From an uncultured virus (IMG/VR IMGVR_UViG_2049941000_000114) (Duplodnaviria > Heunggongvirae > Uroviricota > Caudoviricetes), in IMG/VR virus record IMGVR_UViG_2049941000_000114: a stretch of 54,051 nt of DNA, one strand, 5' to 3'. The position numbers and the translations under genes are program-made. Each line of letters begins with the position of its first letter. The first letter of the stretch is position 1. Shown here one piece after another: positions 1 to 9,490 of the stretch. A model generated the notes under the pieces. It was not told the origin of the DNA and made no database searches. It saw only the letters and a program-made list of their open reading frames with translations.

Positions 1-1
1 G

Positions 2-133
2 AAGGAGCGTTGCCCGCATGTGCAAATCCTGAGCCTCGACTACGATCCGGACACGAGTTTCGCGAACATCGAGAACAGGCTTCAGATGCTCATCATCAAC
101 GCCCGCGAGTTGGAAAAAGCAAATCAGCAATGA
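2..133 (+). CDS. 3' fragment of a bacterial gene, resembling the C-terminus of CoA-substrate activase/2-hydroxyacyl-CoA dehydratase proteins (non-phage)
   Basis: Manual translation KERCPHVQILSLDYDPDTSFANIENRLQMLIINARELEKANQQ*. GC-rich codon usage unlike the phage. Confidence 0.55.
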   Translation, partial: KERCPHVQILSLDYDPDTSFANIENRLQMLIINARELEKANQQ

Positions 134-250
134 GCTATGAGGTATGAGGACGGCACTACGTGCCTTTGAGCTATATGCAGCGACCGCCCTCAAACCTCAC
201 AACCTCAAACCTCACACCTCAAAGGGCCGCAAGGCCCGACCTGATACCTA
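131..250. repeat. REP-like intergenic element with TGAGG/CCTCA repeats and small hairpins
   Basis: tgagctatgaggtatgagg followed by complementary cctcaaacctcacaacctcaaacctcacacctca, plus hairpin gggcc-gcaa-ggccc. The style recalls Fibrobacter intergenic repeats (from memory, unverified). Confidence 0.5.
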
Positions 251-253
251 CTA

Positions 254-302
254 ATGCTCAACGTCTCTAATGTCAGTCTTCAATACGGTAGCCGCGTCCT
301 CT
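254..302 (+). CDS. 5' fragment of an ABC ATPase, probably ABC-F (non-phage), cut by a gap
   Basis: Manual translation MLNVSNVSLQYGSRVL, a typical ABC ATPase N-terminus. Confidence 0.55.
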
Positions 303-312
303 NNNNNNNNNN

Positions 313-564
313 ATAAACATACCATTCAGCGCCATATTGAAAAACGGTTCCTTGTCGAAAATTTATACTTGATAAAAGTTCGCCCGAAAACACCGCATCG
401 TAGGCTTGAATGTTTCTTTGAGCAAGTCCGACGCCAATTTCGGCTAATTTTGCTACAAGCAACTGTGTTTTCCATTCAACGCTGTCTTGGTATTGTCTAA
501 CTTGTTTTATTGCATCGCGTATGCCTTGCTGTGTTGCCTTTACCTTTATGACTTTTCTCGCCAT
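313..564 (-). CDS. HK97 gp10-like tail-completion protein, N-terminal part
   Basis: Follows the head-closure gene; SGELLSSI motif; continuation found at 1485-1628. Confidence 0.65.
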
Positions 565-632
565 TTTAAGCCCCTTTATCCTTTAGACGATGAATTTAGC
601 ACACGAACGTCTAAAGTCGCTCTGCGGGCGTC

Positions 633-1100
633 CTACGGAACGAGATAGCCATTTGCGTCTTTAACCAACTTGCCAAGCAAGACTTTGGTAAAGTTAAGGC
701 TATCTTTGACCTGTAGCACTTTGTAATCAGCACTATTCGGGTCTACGTGGCGATTGTCGCCGGTACCAACGTATACAGGCTCGCTTTTGTGCCAAACAAG
801 CGACGTTTCGTTTATCGGAAATTCTGATACCGTATATAAAAGAGTCGCGTCATAGTTGGCATCGTTTATTCCAAACTCTACCGCCCGCGTCTCTCCACCG
901 CTAAAAGCAATATTCGCTTGAAAATCTATCGGATCCGAATAAACTTTCTGTTTGTCGCCCGTAACCCTGTAATGCTTTACGCCATCGTCGTCAACGTAAT
1001 CAACAATCTTGTTGCCATCGTCGTCCAAGACGTATACGGGTTCAACTCCTATAAGCAAAGCATATTTGAGCGATTGTTTATTTCGCGTCGCTAACTTCAT
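633..1100 (-). CDS. Head-closure / head-tail joining protein
   Basis: 155 aa with RNKQ...ANI...FG...ADYKV pattern; position in the head-tail module. Confidence 0.65.
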   Translation of the reverse strand: MKLATRNKQSLKYALLIGVEPVYVLDDDGNKIVDYVDDDGVKHYRVTGDKQKVYSDPIDFQANIAFSGGETRAVEFGINDANYDATLLYTVSEFPINETSLVWHKSEPVYVGTGDNRHVDPNSADYKVLQVKDSLNFTKVLLGKLVKDANGYLVP

Positions 1101-1401
1101 TTTCTGATACCTTTTCGCCGATTTCCCATACGGCGCTTTCTATAAGAACGTCAATCTGCTCAATGTCAAGATCAACACCATGTTCTTCAAGGAACTTTTT
1201 AACGTATTTGTTCTTAATAGCGCCCATGCCGGACTCTTTATATATCTGTTCGGCCGCCTTAACCGCATACGTAACCCACTCAATTATCTTGGCCATTTTA
1301 GCGTCGTCAATCTTGCTCTTGATGTAAGGAATCACAAATGTCGTGATGATCGCTACAAGTAATGCTATTATTGCTTCAATTGTCTTCGTGTAATCTGTCA
1401 T
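1078..1401 (-). CDS. Holin, LL-H-like
   Basis: N-terminal TM helix then AVKAAEQI...IESAV. Confidence 0.8.
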   Translation of the reverse strand: MTDYTKTIEAIIALLVAIITTFVIPYIKSKIDDAKMAKIIEWVTYAVKAAEQIYKESGMGAIKNKYVKKFLEEHGVDLDIEQIDVLIESAVWEIGEKVSENEVSDAK

Positions 1402-1484
1402 ATTCTACCTCCGTCATACCGCTGTTAAACTGTTCGAAATTCTGCTGACTTTCTTCAAGTCTTGTCTTTTCTTCNNNNNNNNNN

Positions 1485-1628
1485 ACCATCTTTGTAGTAA
1501 AACCACCCTTTTTCACCGTGGTCATTTACGTCATATTTCCAACCTTTTTCAGCCGCTAACGGATGGCTTTGCATATTGCCCCAATAGCCTGTTCCAAACT
1601 CAACGAACGCCGCCCACGGGCAATCTGT
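1485..1628 (-). CDS. Misplaced internal fragment of the gp10-like gene
   Basis: Manual translation TDCPWAAFVEFGTGYWG...KGWFYYKDG. The VEFGT motif continues the 313-564 ORF. Confidence 0.7.
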
Positions 1629-2454
1629 NNNNNNNNNNNNNNNNNNNNNNNNNNNNNNNNNNNNNNNNNNNNNNNNNNNNNNNNNNNNNNNNNNNNNNNN
1701 NNNNNNNNNNNNNNNNNNNNNNNNNNNNNNNNNNNNNNNNNNNNNNNNNNNNNNNNNNNNNNNNNNNNNNNNNNNNNNNNNNNNNNNNNNNNNNNNNNNN
1801 NNNNNNNNNNNNNNNNNNNNNNNNNNNNNNNNNNNNNNNNNNNNNNNNNNNNNNNNNNNNNNNNNNNNNNNNNNNNNNNNNNNNNNNNNNNNNNNNNNNN
1901 NNNNNNNNNNNNNNNNNNNNNNNNNNNNNNNNNNNNNNNNNNNNNNNNNNNNNNNNNNNNNNNNNNNNNNNNNNNNNNNNNNNNNNNNNNNNNNNNNNNN
2001 NNNNNNNNNNNNNNNNNNNNNNNNNNNNNNNNNNNNNNNNNNNNNNNNNNNNNNNNNNNNNNNNNNNNNNNNNNNNNNNNNNNNNNNNNNNNNNNNNNNN
2101 NNNNNNNNNNNNNNNNNNNNNNNNNNNNNNNNNNNNNNNNNNNNNNNNNNNNNNNNNNNNNNNNNNNNNNNNNNNNNNNNNNNNNNNNNNNNNNNNNNNN
2201 NNNNNNNNNNNNNNNNNNNNNNNNNNNNNNNNNNNNNNNNNNNNNNNNNNNNNNNNNNNNNNNNNNNNNNNNNNNNNNNNNNNNNNNNNNNNNNNNNNNN
2301 NNNNNNNNNNNNNNNNNNNNNNNNNNNNNNNNNNNNNNNNNNNNNNNNNNNNNNNNNNNNNNNNNNNNNNNNNNNNNNNNNNNNNNATTTCGCTTACCTA
2401 AATAAGCCTTAATGCTGTATGTTCCAAACACCGCCACNNNNNNNNNNGATTGTT

Positions 2455-2760
2455 TCAACTATCTTCGTGTAATCTGTCATATTCTACCTCCGTCATACCG
2501 CTATTAAACTGTTCGAAATTCTGCTGACTTTCTTCAAGTCTTGTCTTTTCTTCGTTTCGCTTACCTAAATAAGCCTTAATGCTGTATGTGCCAAACACCG
2601 CCACCACTTCGGTAACAAGCGTTATTGCTAACGTTTCTGCTATTTCCTTGCCTAAAAATGCAAGAATGTATGTTAACTGTATGTCTACAAGCGCCACAAT
2701 CAATATCAATGTGGTCATGCGCTTGGAATATTCTTTTTTAGTCCTTTTCTTTTTCTTCAT
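2455..2760 (-). CDS. Two-TM membrane protein, holin-like or lysis accessory
   Basis: Basic N-terminus and two hydrophobic helices. Its 3' end is repeated at about 1370-1474, where it abuts the holin. Confidence 0.6.
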   Translation of the reverse strand: MKKKKRTKKEYSKRMTTLILIVALVDIQLTYILAFLGKEIAETLAITLVTEVVAVFGTYSIKAYLGKRNEEKTRLEESQQNFEQFNSGMTEVEYDRLHEDS

Positions 2761-2762
2761 GG

Positions 2763-3149
2763 CTACGCGCCTTTGCTTTGGTTTTCTAAATCATCTATTC
2801 TGTGATTTGCTACTCTGCTTTTTTCTTCCAAAAGAAGTATCATTTTTTCACATTGATAGGTACGATCAATAACGTTATTGTGCTTTTCAACTCTATCAGA
2901 TAAAATCTCAATCATGGTAACTGTCTGTTGGTGAGCGCCCTTAAGTTCCGATACCGTGTCGGTTAAATCGTCAACCTTACTTTCAAGCGTTGAGATTTTA
3001 CTTTCAAGCCTTGCATAGTTTTCACGTTCCTTTGATGCGTTTACATCCATGCCTTTACGCTTTGTCTGTCCTTTTTCAGTTAACCATATTCCAAATACCG
3101 TAAATAACGGCGTACATATTATCGTGAGAATTGAAACTAAATAATCCAT
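2763..3149 (-). CDS. N-terminal TM plus coiled-coil protein (XhlA/holin-associated type)
   Basis: MDYLVSILTIIC...VEKHNNVIDR...ANHRIDDLE. Confidence 0.6.
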   Translation of the reverse strand: MDYLVSILTIICTPLFTVFGIWLTEKGQTKRKGMDVNASKERENYARLESKISTLESKVDDLTDTVSELKGAHQQTVTMIEILSDRVEKHNNVIDRTYQCEKMILLLEEKSRVANHRIDDLENQSKGA

Positions 3150-3235
3150 ACCTTTACCATCCTTTTTAAGAAAAAGACAAGCCACCCACCACCATCAACG
3201 CTTGTCACCCTACGGCTATAGCCATGCACAAACTT

Positions 3236-3724
3236 CTATAAAATCTTTGCAAATGGTGTTACATCACCAACAATTGACTCTCTTTTGATCATTGTCCTGT
3301 TGACGCCGTTCTCGCTATGATTTGTTTCATAGTCCATACCGTCAGCGTAATAATCAAACAAAACCAAATCTATTAACATTCCGAGGTAATTCTTTTCGAT
3401 ATCCTCGTTACGCATTTCTTCGGTGTAACTGTCGGGATAATTTCGGTTCTTGGCAATGTCTAACTTTGCCTTTTCAATTAATTCTTCGATTAAAACGTTT
3501 TTGTCGAGATCGGTAAAAACAATTTCGTTTCCCGAAAGGCCATTTTCGACTTTGTNNNNNNNNNNGCGGTTTTTGGCAATGTCTAACTTTGCCTTTTCAA
3601 TTAATTCTTCGATTAAGACATTTTTGTCGAGATCGGTAAAAACAATTTCGTTGTTTGAAAGCCCGTTTTCGACTTTGTACTGTCTTAATCTTATTTTGAT
3701 TTTTTCGACCAAAGTGTACGACAT
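3236..3724 (-). CDS. Head-tail adaptor (SPP1 gp15-like); internal duplication is a gap artefact
   Basis: RNYP...HSENGVNR motif. Two near-identical alleles flank the gap at 3556-3565. Confidence 0.75.
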   Translation of the reverse strand: MSYTLVEKIKIRLRQYKVENGLSNNEIVFTDLDKNVLIEELIEKAKLDIAKNRXXXXKVENGLSGNEIVFTDLDKNVLIEELIEKAKLDIAKNRNYPDSYTEEMRNEDIEKNYLGMLIDLVLFDYYADGMDYETNHSENGVNRTMIKRESIVGDVTPFAKIL

Positions 3725-3735
3725 TGCTATGTCTC

Positions 3736-4056
3736 CTATAAGTTCAAAAGTTCAATGAGTTCTGACTTAAGTTCGGCGCCGGATTTGTCGGCCGCTTTCT
3801 TAACGCCATGCTTACGCGCCAAACGTCTTAAATCGACGATAGGCATACGGTTGATTTCTGTTTTAGTGTAAGTAGGTTCTACAGGAACTTCTTTGGGTTC
3901 CTCAACCTTTTCTTCGGCGCTCTCAACAACCTCTTTTACAGGCTCTACAGCCTTTGGTTCTTCTTTAACGGGCGCTTTTTCGTCTGTAGGCACTTCTGTA
4001 TTCGGTGCGTACCAAATGCCATTGTGCTTAACGGAATAAGGGAATTTCATATTCAA
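3736..4056 (-). CDS. Small post-capsid protein with Rho-N/HeH-like C-terminus
   Basis: VKHNG N-terminus, E/P/K-rich linker, YTKTEINRM...LRRLA...ELKSELI. Confidence 0.6.
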   Translation of the reverse strand: MNMKFPYSVKHNGIWYAPNTEVPTDEKAPVKEEPKAVEPVKEVVESAEEKVEEPKEVPVEPTYTKTEINRMPIVDLRRLARKHGVKKAADKSGAELKSELIELLNL

Positions 4057-4070
4057 TCTTCCTTTCCACT

Positions 4071-4097
4071 AAAAGGGGCGGGTTTTTACGCCCGCCC
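4071..4097 (-). terminator. Intrinsic terminator after the major capsid gene
   Basis: gggcggg/cccgccc stem followed by a T-tract on the minus strand. Confidence 0.7.
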
Positions 4098-4120
4098 ACT
4101 TAAATAGTTGGCTCTTGACC

Positions 4121-5191
4121 TTATGAGCAAACCTTAAGAACAGCGACTTCATCCATTCTCTCGTAAGAGGGAAGAACGATCTCTGATACTGTGGTCTTGG
4201 TCTGAACAGGGTCGTTAGAAATGGTAACAGCGATTGCTACACCGTTATCGGTAACAGCAACGTCTGCGGTGGGATTGCCGATAAGAGTTCTTTCTTCGGG
4301 GGTTGTTCCTTTCCATGTATTTCCGAGGGTTCCATCGGGAATAAGGGTAGCGAACTTGTCGGGATAGAACTTTGTAGCAACGCCGGACTCGTTCTTGAAC
4401 TGTTTGGTGTAAACGATAATCGCGATATTGAGTTCGTTAGAGAATACCTCTTTAACTCTTGCATCGGTCATAATAACCGTTGCGGTAGCGTTCTGTGCAA
4501 GAACGTAAGCACGAATCTTGTCGTTCTTCTTAAGTAAGCCCATAGTAGCGGCTGATACGATCATCTTGGTAGGTCTTGAACCTGTCTTTGCTTCTACAGC
4601 ATCGCACATATCCATAACGTCCTTGATGGGGTCGGAATCATCGAGATCATCCCATGCGGAGGTGCCGGTAAGTGCGGTGTAGTTTGTAGCAACCCAAGAG
4701 TTATCGGGGTCGTAGTCGTAAGTGTATGTTGCGTTGTCAGCCGAAATGGAAATCTGCGGTTTACCATTGGTCTGCGGTGCAAGCAACTGAAAGATCATTC
4801 TTTCGGGTACTACGTTAGCGCCATCAACAAGTGTGGTAGCGTCGTCGAAGATACGACGAACAACGTCTTTAGCGTAAGGATCATTGGAATCAAGAACACG
4901 CATAATGTCCTGTTCGTCCTTTTCCTTAACGATCATGGACTCCTTAAAAAAAGCCATCTGTGTTTCGGTAAGGGAGAATCCCTCTCTTGAACGAATTGTA
5001 GATACGGTATCAAAAGCCGAGGGCTTTAACGATACGGGTAAACCTTTTGAAGTCTTAATCCAAGAAAGATCAAGACCCATCTTTTTGCGGGTAGGGAAAA
5101 GACCCTCGCCAAGGTAAGCAATCTTGTTGCTTGCAACTTCGTTGTAAACAAGCGCAAGTCTTTTAGCACTATATACATCAGTTATCTTCAT
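4121..5191 (-). CDS. Major capsid protein (Phage_cap_E-like)
   Basis: 356 aa, YLGEGLFP...GNTWKGTTPEE...SEIVLPSYE; follows scaffold and decoration genes. Confidence 0.9.
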   Translation of the reverse strand: MKITDVYSAKRLALVYNEVASNKIAYLGEGLFPTRKKMGLDLSWIKTSKGLPVSLKPSAFDTVSTIRSREGFSLTETQMAFFKESMIVKEKDEQDIMRVLDSNDPYAKDVVRRIFDDATTLVDGANVVPERMIFQLLAPQTNGKPQISISADNATYTYDYDPDNSWVATNYTALTGTSAWDDLDDSDPIKDVMDMCDAVEAKTGSRPTKMIVSAATMGLLKKNDKIRAYVLAQNATATVIMTDARVKEVFSNELNIAIIVYTKQFKNESGVATKFYPDKFATLIPDGTLGNTWKGTTPEERTLIGNPTADVAVTDNGVAIAVTISNDPVQTKTTVSEIVLPSYERMDEVAVLKVCS

Positions 5192-5210
5192 GGTTTGCTT
5201 CTCCTTTCAA

Positions 5211-5549
5211 TTAATCGAAAACGATTAACGGCAAAGCCGTCTTTTCTGCATCGGTGATCGTGTGGCTACTGTTAGCCTGTGCATTGGCAACGTTTACCGT
5301 ACCAAAAGCGCGGAGGATAGAGCCGTTAGGATCGTCGTCAGTTACATCGTTGATAAGAATACCTATTGCGTTGCTTACGCCCTCTGTAGTGGTTGCGATA
5401 GAGCCATCAGCGGCAATAAGGTTGCCGGCTTTAACTTCATGTACTGAACTTGTAAAAGCCGTGATCGTCATGGGAACAAAAAGTTCGCCACCCAATTTTC
5501 TCTTAAGAATTTCGGGGGTAGAAGTTATGTTTGTGTTTGCGTATTTCAT
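5211..5549 (-). CDS. Head decoration protein
   Basis: 112 aa between scaffold and capsid; VKAG...AIGILINDV. Confidence 0.7.
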   Translation of the reverse strand: MKYANTNITSTPEILKRKLGGELFVPMTITAFTSSVHEVKAGNLIAADGSIATTTEGVSNAIGILINDVTDDDPNGSILRAFGTVNVANAQANSSHTITDAEKTALPLIVFD

Positions 5550-5577
5550 AACTCTGTGTTTTCTCCTTTCAGAAAGT

Positions 5578-6147
5578 TTATAAGTAACTATTTACTATGT
5601 CGGTGGCTGATTTATTAACGCCGGACAGTTCACTTGCGATTGCTTCTGTAAGTTTGTCGGCGTCAGTTTTATCGTCACCGCCTTTATCGCCACCCTTGGG
5701 GTTAGGAGTACCGTCAAGCAACTCCTTTTCCTTTTGGGATTTAGCCGTGTTTTCTCTGTCGGCAATTATCTGACCGAGGATTGTAGTGTCGAGTTTTCCA
5801 TCGTCACCAATCAACTTTTCAGCCTGTTCGCCTGTAATTCCGATCTCTGCAAGTTGTTTGTGTAACTCCATTTTGGCAACTGATTTTTCAAGTTCTTCGA
5901 TTTTGGCGTTAGCCGCTTCGGTTGCCTTGTTAGCCCTTTCGAGTTCGGATAGATTAGCGTTATTAACGTCGTCTAACTTCTTCTGTAACTCGCTCGCTTT
6001 AAGCGCGTCGGCTTTGTACTTGTTGGCAAGGTCTTTTTCTTTCTGTGTCTCACCGCCAACTTGGTTGAGATAGTTTGTAACCTGTTCCTCTGTGGGTTCG
6101 GCTACTCCAAGCGTTTTGAGGTTTTCTTTAGCCTGTTCTCTCGTCAT
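5578..6147 (-). CDS. Capsid scaffolding protein
   Basis: Coiled-coil, acidic; ELLDGTPNPKGG motif; position. Confidence 0.8.
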   Translation of the reverse strand: MTREQAKENLKTLGVAEPTEEQVTNYLNQVGGETQKEKDLANKYKADALKASELQKKLDDVNNANLSELERANKATEAANAKIEELEKSVAKMELHKQLAEIGITGEQAEKLIGDDGKLDTTILGQIIADRENTAKSQKEKELLDGTPNPKGGDKGGDDKTDADKLTEAIASELSGVNKSATDIVNSYL

Positions 6148-6237
6148 TTAATTGTCCTTTCTCGCCTACGATTTGTTAACGCGGTTCTCTCCGCTTGGCG
6201 TTTCCATTTACCGCATGGATGCTTTATTTTGCATAAC

Positions 6238-6264
6238 AAAAAGAGACGTCCGAAAACGTCTCTT
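6238..6264 (-). terminator. Intrinsic terminator after the zinc-ribbon insert
   Basis: aagagacgt/acgtctctt stem plus T-tract on the minus strand. Confidence 0.65.
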
Positions 6265-6286
6265 GGTTGCACTATGAATTATTTAT

Positions 6287-6667
6287 TTAAAAAACATTTC
6301 CGCACGAACCACAAATGTATTTTCTTACGGTTCGTTCTTCGCCACCGTGTACCACGTACTGTTCGGGGCGCTTGACCGTCTCTTTTTTATTGACAAGTGT
6401 AAACGGTCTTAATGGATTGAGGTTTAAAGTGTATCGGGTTTTAACGTCTGCCGGTACAACCGTGGTGTAAGTCGGCGTAGCGTACGTTGATACGTTTATC
6501 GTAATCTTTGTACTTCTGCATTGCGGACACATAACTACGCGTTTCTGCCCTAAATTGTCAAAAAAATAAACAAGATCGCTCTCGCCATCTTCTTTCAACG
6601 GAACACCGCATTTTATGCAAAATTTCGCGTTATTGTATACCGCACCGCACTTTTCACACCAAGCCAT
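6287..6667 (-). CDS. Multi zinc-ribbon protein (moron-like)
   Basis: Four CxxC pairs; GGAGGT RBS before ATG at 6667. Confidence 0.75.
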   Translation of the reverse strand: MAWCEKCGAVYNNAKFCIKCGVPLKEDGESDLVYFFDNLGQKRVVMCPQCRSTKITINVSTYATPTYTTVVPADVKTRYTLNLNPLRPFTLVNKKETVKRPEQYVVHGGEERTVRKYICGSCGNVF

Positions 6668-6710
6668 GTTATTACCTCCGACTTGATTATACATCAAACG
6701 ACGCTTTTTC

Positions 6711-7373
6711 TCAATTCTTCTTACCAAAATATTGACAGACGCATCGACAATTTACAACCTCTTTAGCGTCGGCGCCTAAACTTTGATCTAACGGGAAAAG
6801 CATTTCGTAACCGCCTACGATAAAAGGCTTTTGAATGGCTACTTCTTGCCCGTCAGCCCATACATGAGTATGGCGAACTTTCTTATCGCGCATTGCAAGC
6901 CAACGCTTACGCGTATAGCCCGCTTTAATCGCTTCTACGTGCTGTTCGTAATTTGCAAAAGCGTTTGTATCGTTTGATGCGATCATTACCGCCCTGTCAT
7001 GCGACAAGTAGTAATCCTGTGCTATATGCTCATACGTCGTATTAAGCACTTCCGTAATGGTTTCATCGACGCGCTGACTTATCATCGGATCCTCAACGTC
7101 GTAACCATTTTCCGTAAGTACATCGTTGTAACCGCGTATTAAGTAGTCCGTCCAATAGTTATTGTCGTCTATTACGCTATCGCCAACAGCAACCGTCGCG
7201 GACATTAACAAAAACAGCATCAAGTAAAGATTGTTGATGCCGTTTGCTGTGTTAATGCGCTTTTCTATTTCTTCCGGCTCTAACTCCATTTCCTCGAAAT
7301 AGTCTCTAATCTTTTGCTTATCCTGTTCGGTCTGCAAATTATTAAGTTCGTCAATCGAAGATGTATGAGCCAT
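6711..7373 (-). CDS. Minor head protein (Mu gpF/SPP1 gp7-like)
   Basis: KRWLAMRDKKVRHTH...DGQ...FP.D...NCRC. Confidence 0.85.
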   Translation of the reverse strand: MAHTSSIDELNNLQTEQDKQKIRDYFEEMELEPEEIEKRINTANGINNLYLMLFLLMSATVAVGDSVIDDNNYWTDYLIRGYNDVLTENGYDVEDPMISQRVDETITEVLNTTYEHIAQDYYLSHDRAVMIASNDTNAFANYEQHVEAIKAGYTRKRWLAMRDKKVRHTHVWADGQEVAIQKPFIVGGYEMLFPLDQSLGADAKEVVNCRCVCQYFGKKN

Positions 7374-7375
7374 GT

Positions 7376-8806
7376 TTATTCAATGTCCTGTGTGTCTGTC
7401 TGATCTTCAACAGGTGGTGCATCTTTGGGATATAAGTATTCCATTCTTTCGCGGCTTTCAATTGCCACCTGTTCGGGATCGCTAAACAAGTTAACTGTCT
7501 TAATAGCACGCTCATTTTCGATACCGCACTTAAGCAATATCTGCAAAACTTCGGCCTTTGTAAGCATATTGTCGAGTTTTGAGCGTGATATTTTAATCTC
7601 AACATCACTCGGTACAAGTGAGAACTTTTTCTCAATCCGAAGTGCGTTAAGGATTATTCTTAAAGCCATGCGTTCAGAACGCTTAAATATAGGCTCTGAC
7701 AGTTCGGCGCGCTTCTCGGAATTATAAAATCCGTTTCTCAAAAGCACCGCGTTTCCTGTATCGCCACCGCTGTTTTTCTGCCTGTTCGACATACCCTGTA
7801 TTTCAAGTAATTTGTCGTAAAGGTCAGATACGGCTACTTGGCTTTCGGTCTGATTGAGTTCCTGTGAAAGAATGTCAACGTCGGCCTTGTTCTCGGAACC
7901 GTTATTTGACTTAACGGCTAAAGCACCCTCGTTACGCATCTTGCGGAACGCAACCTCATCAATTTCACAATTGACGAATTTAACCCATGATGCAACAAAC
8001 TGTTCAATGCCGTTTGAACGGTCGCTTGCCATCTTGTTAAGTTCGTCTGTAATCGAAATTGTGATCTCTATGTCAGAAATTCGTCTTGCATTGTTCGGGT
8101 ATTCAATGATCGGGATTGCACCCATACCATTGATGCCACTCTTAAGGATTTTACCCTCTGCAATCTTGAACCAAAACGAATTTGTGTATACCCAATAAAC
8201 ATTCCTGTATTCGTTATCGCCCTTGATGTATACGCCCATCATCGGGTTATCTTCGCTGTCGTATACAACAAATGCGTCTCTCGGATCCGGCGTGGTTAAG
8301 TAAAACGGCGTTTCATCCATCAAACGGTTTTTCTTTTTGCTGTGTCCGATGTAACGATAAGCCGTACCACATACCGAACGCCAACGGCATAACTCGATAT
8401 CTTCGTACGCTTTATCTTCGCTGTCTGCGTAAGTGTTAAGCCTTGCCACTTCGTCAGACTTTGTTTCGTCCTTGCCGTGTAAAACGTACTGTATGGGTTC
8501 GCCCGCGATCTCGGCTGTCTTTGTCTCGACAATAAACCATGCAAGGTTTTCAACGACCTTGTTGTTTACTTCGGGGCGGTTCTGCTTAACGCGATATAAA
8601 ATCGGCTGATCTCCACGATAGTACCTGTCGAGATACGTGATCTGATCTACGTTGACGCTATGATCTGCAAGCGCCTTTGTAAGTTCATTAACGACGTTAT
8701 CGGCCGTTATACTATCAGCGTTAGTCTTAATGACAAGACGCCCGAAAGAGTTTTCGCAAAGCGCTGTAAACGGTCTGTAGTTTTTCTGTGCATATCTCCA
8801 AGCCAT
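7376..8806 (-). CDS. Portal protein (SPP1 gp6-like)
   Basis: 476 aa, YYRGDQPIL...NNKVVEN...IPIIEYPNN. Confidence 0.92.
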   Translation of the reverse strand: MAWRYAQKNYRPFTALCENSFGRLVIKTNADSITADNVVNELTKALADHSVNVDQITYLDRYYRGDQPILYRVKQNRPEVNNKVVENLAWFIVETKTAEIAGEPIQYVLHGKDETKSDEVARLNTYADSEDKAYEDIELCRWRSVCGTAYRYIGHSKKKNRLMDETPFYLTTPDPRDAFVVYDSEDNPMMGVYIKGDNEYRNVYWVYTNSFWFKIAEGKILKSGINGMGAIPIIEYPNNARRISDIEITISITDELNKMASDRSNGIEQFVASWVKFVNCEIDEVAFRKMRNEGALAVKSNNGSENKADVDILSQELNQTESQVAVSDLYDKLLEIQGMSNRQKNSGGDTGNAVLLRNGFYNSEKRAELSEPIFKRSERMALRIILNALRIEKKFSLVPSDVEIKISRSKLDNMLTKAEVLQILLKCGIENERAIKTVNLFSDPEQVAIESRERMEYLYPKDAPPVEDQTDTQDIE

Positions 8807-9016
8807 TTAAAAATACCTCTTGCCGGACGCGCTTGCTCTTGTAGGCTCGTCGCAAATTTTAGTCTTATCCGTGGTCGGGTCGTACATGACAATCTTGTTG
8901 CAACTTTTGCAACGTGTCGTCATGGGGATTTTGGTAATGCCGTTCCAAGTCATTACCTGTGTGTCACATTTCGGACACGCTATCGGTATCTTTTTAAAGT
9001 CCATTTTTATTGTCAT
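8807..9016 (-). CDS. Small zinc-ribbon protein (Mu Com-like)
   Basis: CPKC...CKSC, directly upstream of the portal. Confidence 0.6.
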   Translation of the reverse strand: MTIKMDFKKIPIACPKCDTQVMTWNGITKIPMTTRCKSCNKIVMYDPTTDKTKICDEPTRASASGKRYF

Positions 9017-9129
9017 GCAAAAAGCACGCCGACCTTGTGGTTCAGCGCGCTTTTTGGGATTTTTGAAAACGAATTTTTACGGGGGTTGTATAAGAACGAC
9101 TACTTCAAAAGCCACTTCTTACTAATACC

Positions 9130-9181
9130 ATTTTAGCACATTTGAAAAATTGCGTTTGTTGTTTTTTGTTGTATTTGTTGC
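9130..9181 (-). promoter_or_regulatory. Putative late promoter with activator-binding direct repeats
   Basis: Three CAACAAA repeats at about 10 bp period upstream of an extended -10 (TGCTAAAAT), right after the late regulator. The repeats recur at 9459-9486. Confidence 0.55.
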
Positions 9182-9185
9182 GTGG

Positions 9186-9447
9186 TCAACAAGTGGTGTT
9201 GCATTTATCTAAAAACTGTGTCAGTTTTCGGCATACATTGCCACGATCGGTATATAAAATCTCGCCAATTTCTTGATATGTCATGCCTTTAAAGTATTTT
9301 CCCTCGATTATGAACCTCATTTCGGGATCGTCAATGCTCTCAACGGCCTGTGCAACCTCAATGCTTAAGTTCGTGTATTCTTCTTGCCTTGCGTGCAACT
9401 GAATAATCAAGTCTTTGATCTTTTCCTGTCTCGCCGCGTCCTGTTTT
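9186..9447 (-). CDS. Second allele (3' part) of the late regulator
   Basis: Diverged copy of the 9491-9934 C-terminus, separated by a 10-N gap. Confidence 0.7.
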
Positions 9448-9490
9448 NNNNNNNNNNTGTTTGTTGTTTTTTGTTGTATTTGTTGCCAAT

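Noticed and set aside
1556..2458. Long ORFs made mostly of X (also 12222-12776, 13780-14469, 40888-41604)
   Set aside because: Artefacts of translating through N runs.
4237..9136. Antisense and alternate-frame ORFs over capsid, scaffold and portal genes
   Set aside because: Shadow ORFs of well-supported genes with no RBS or motifs.
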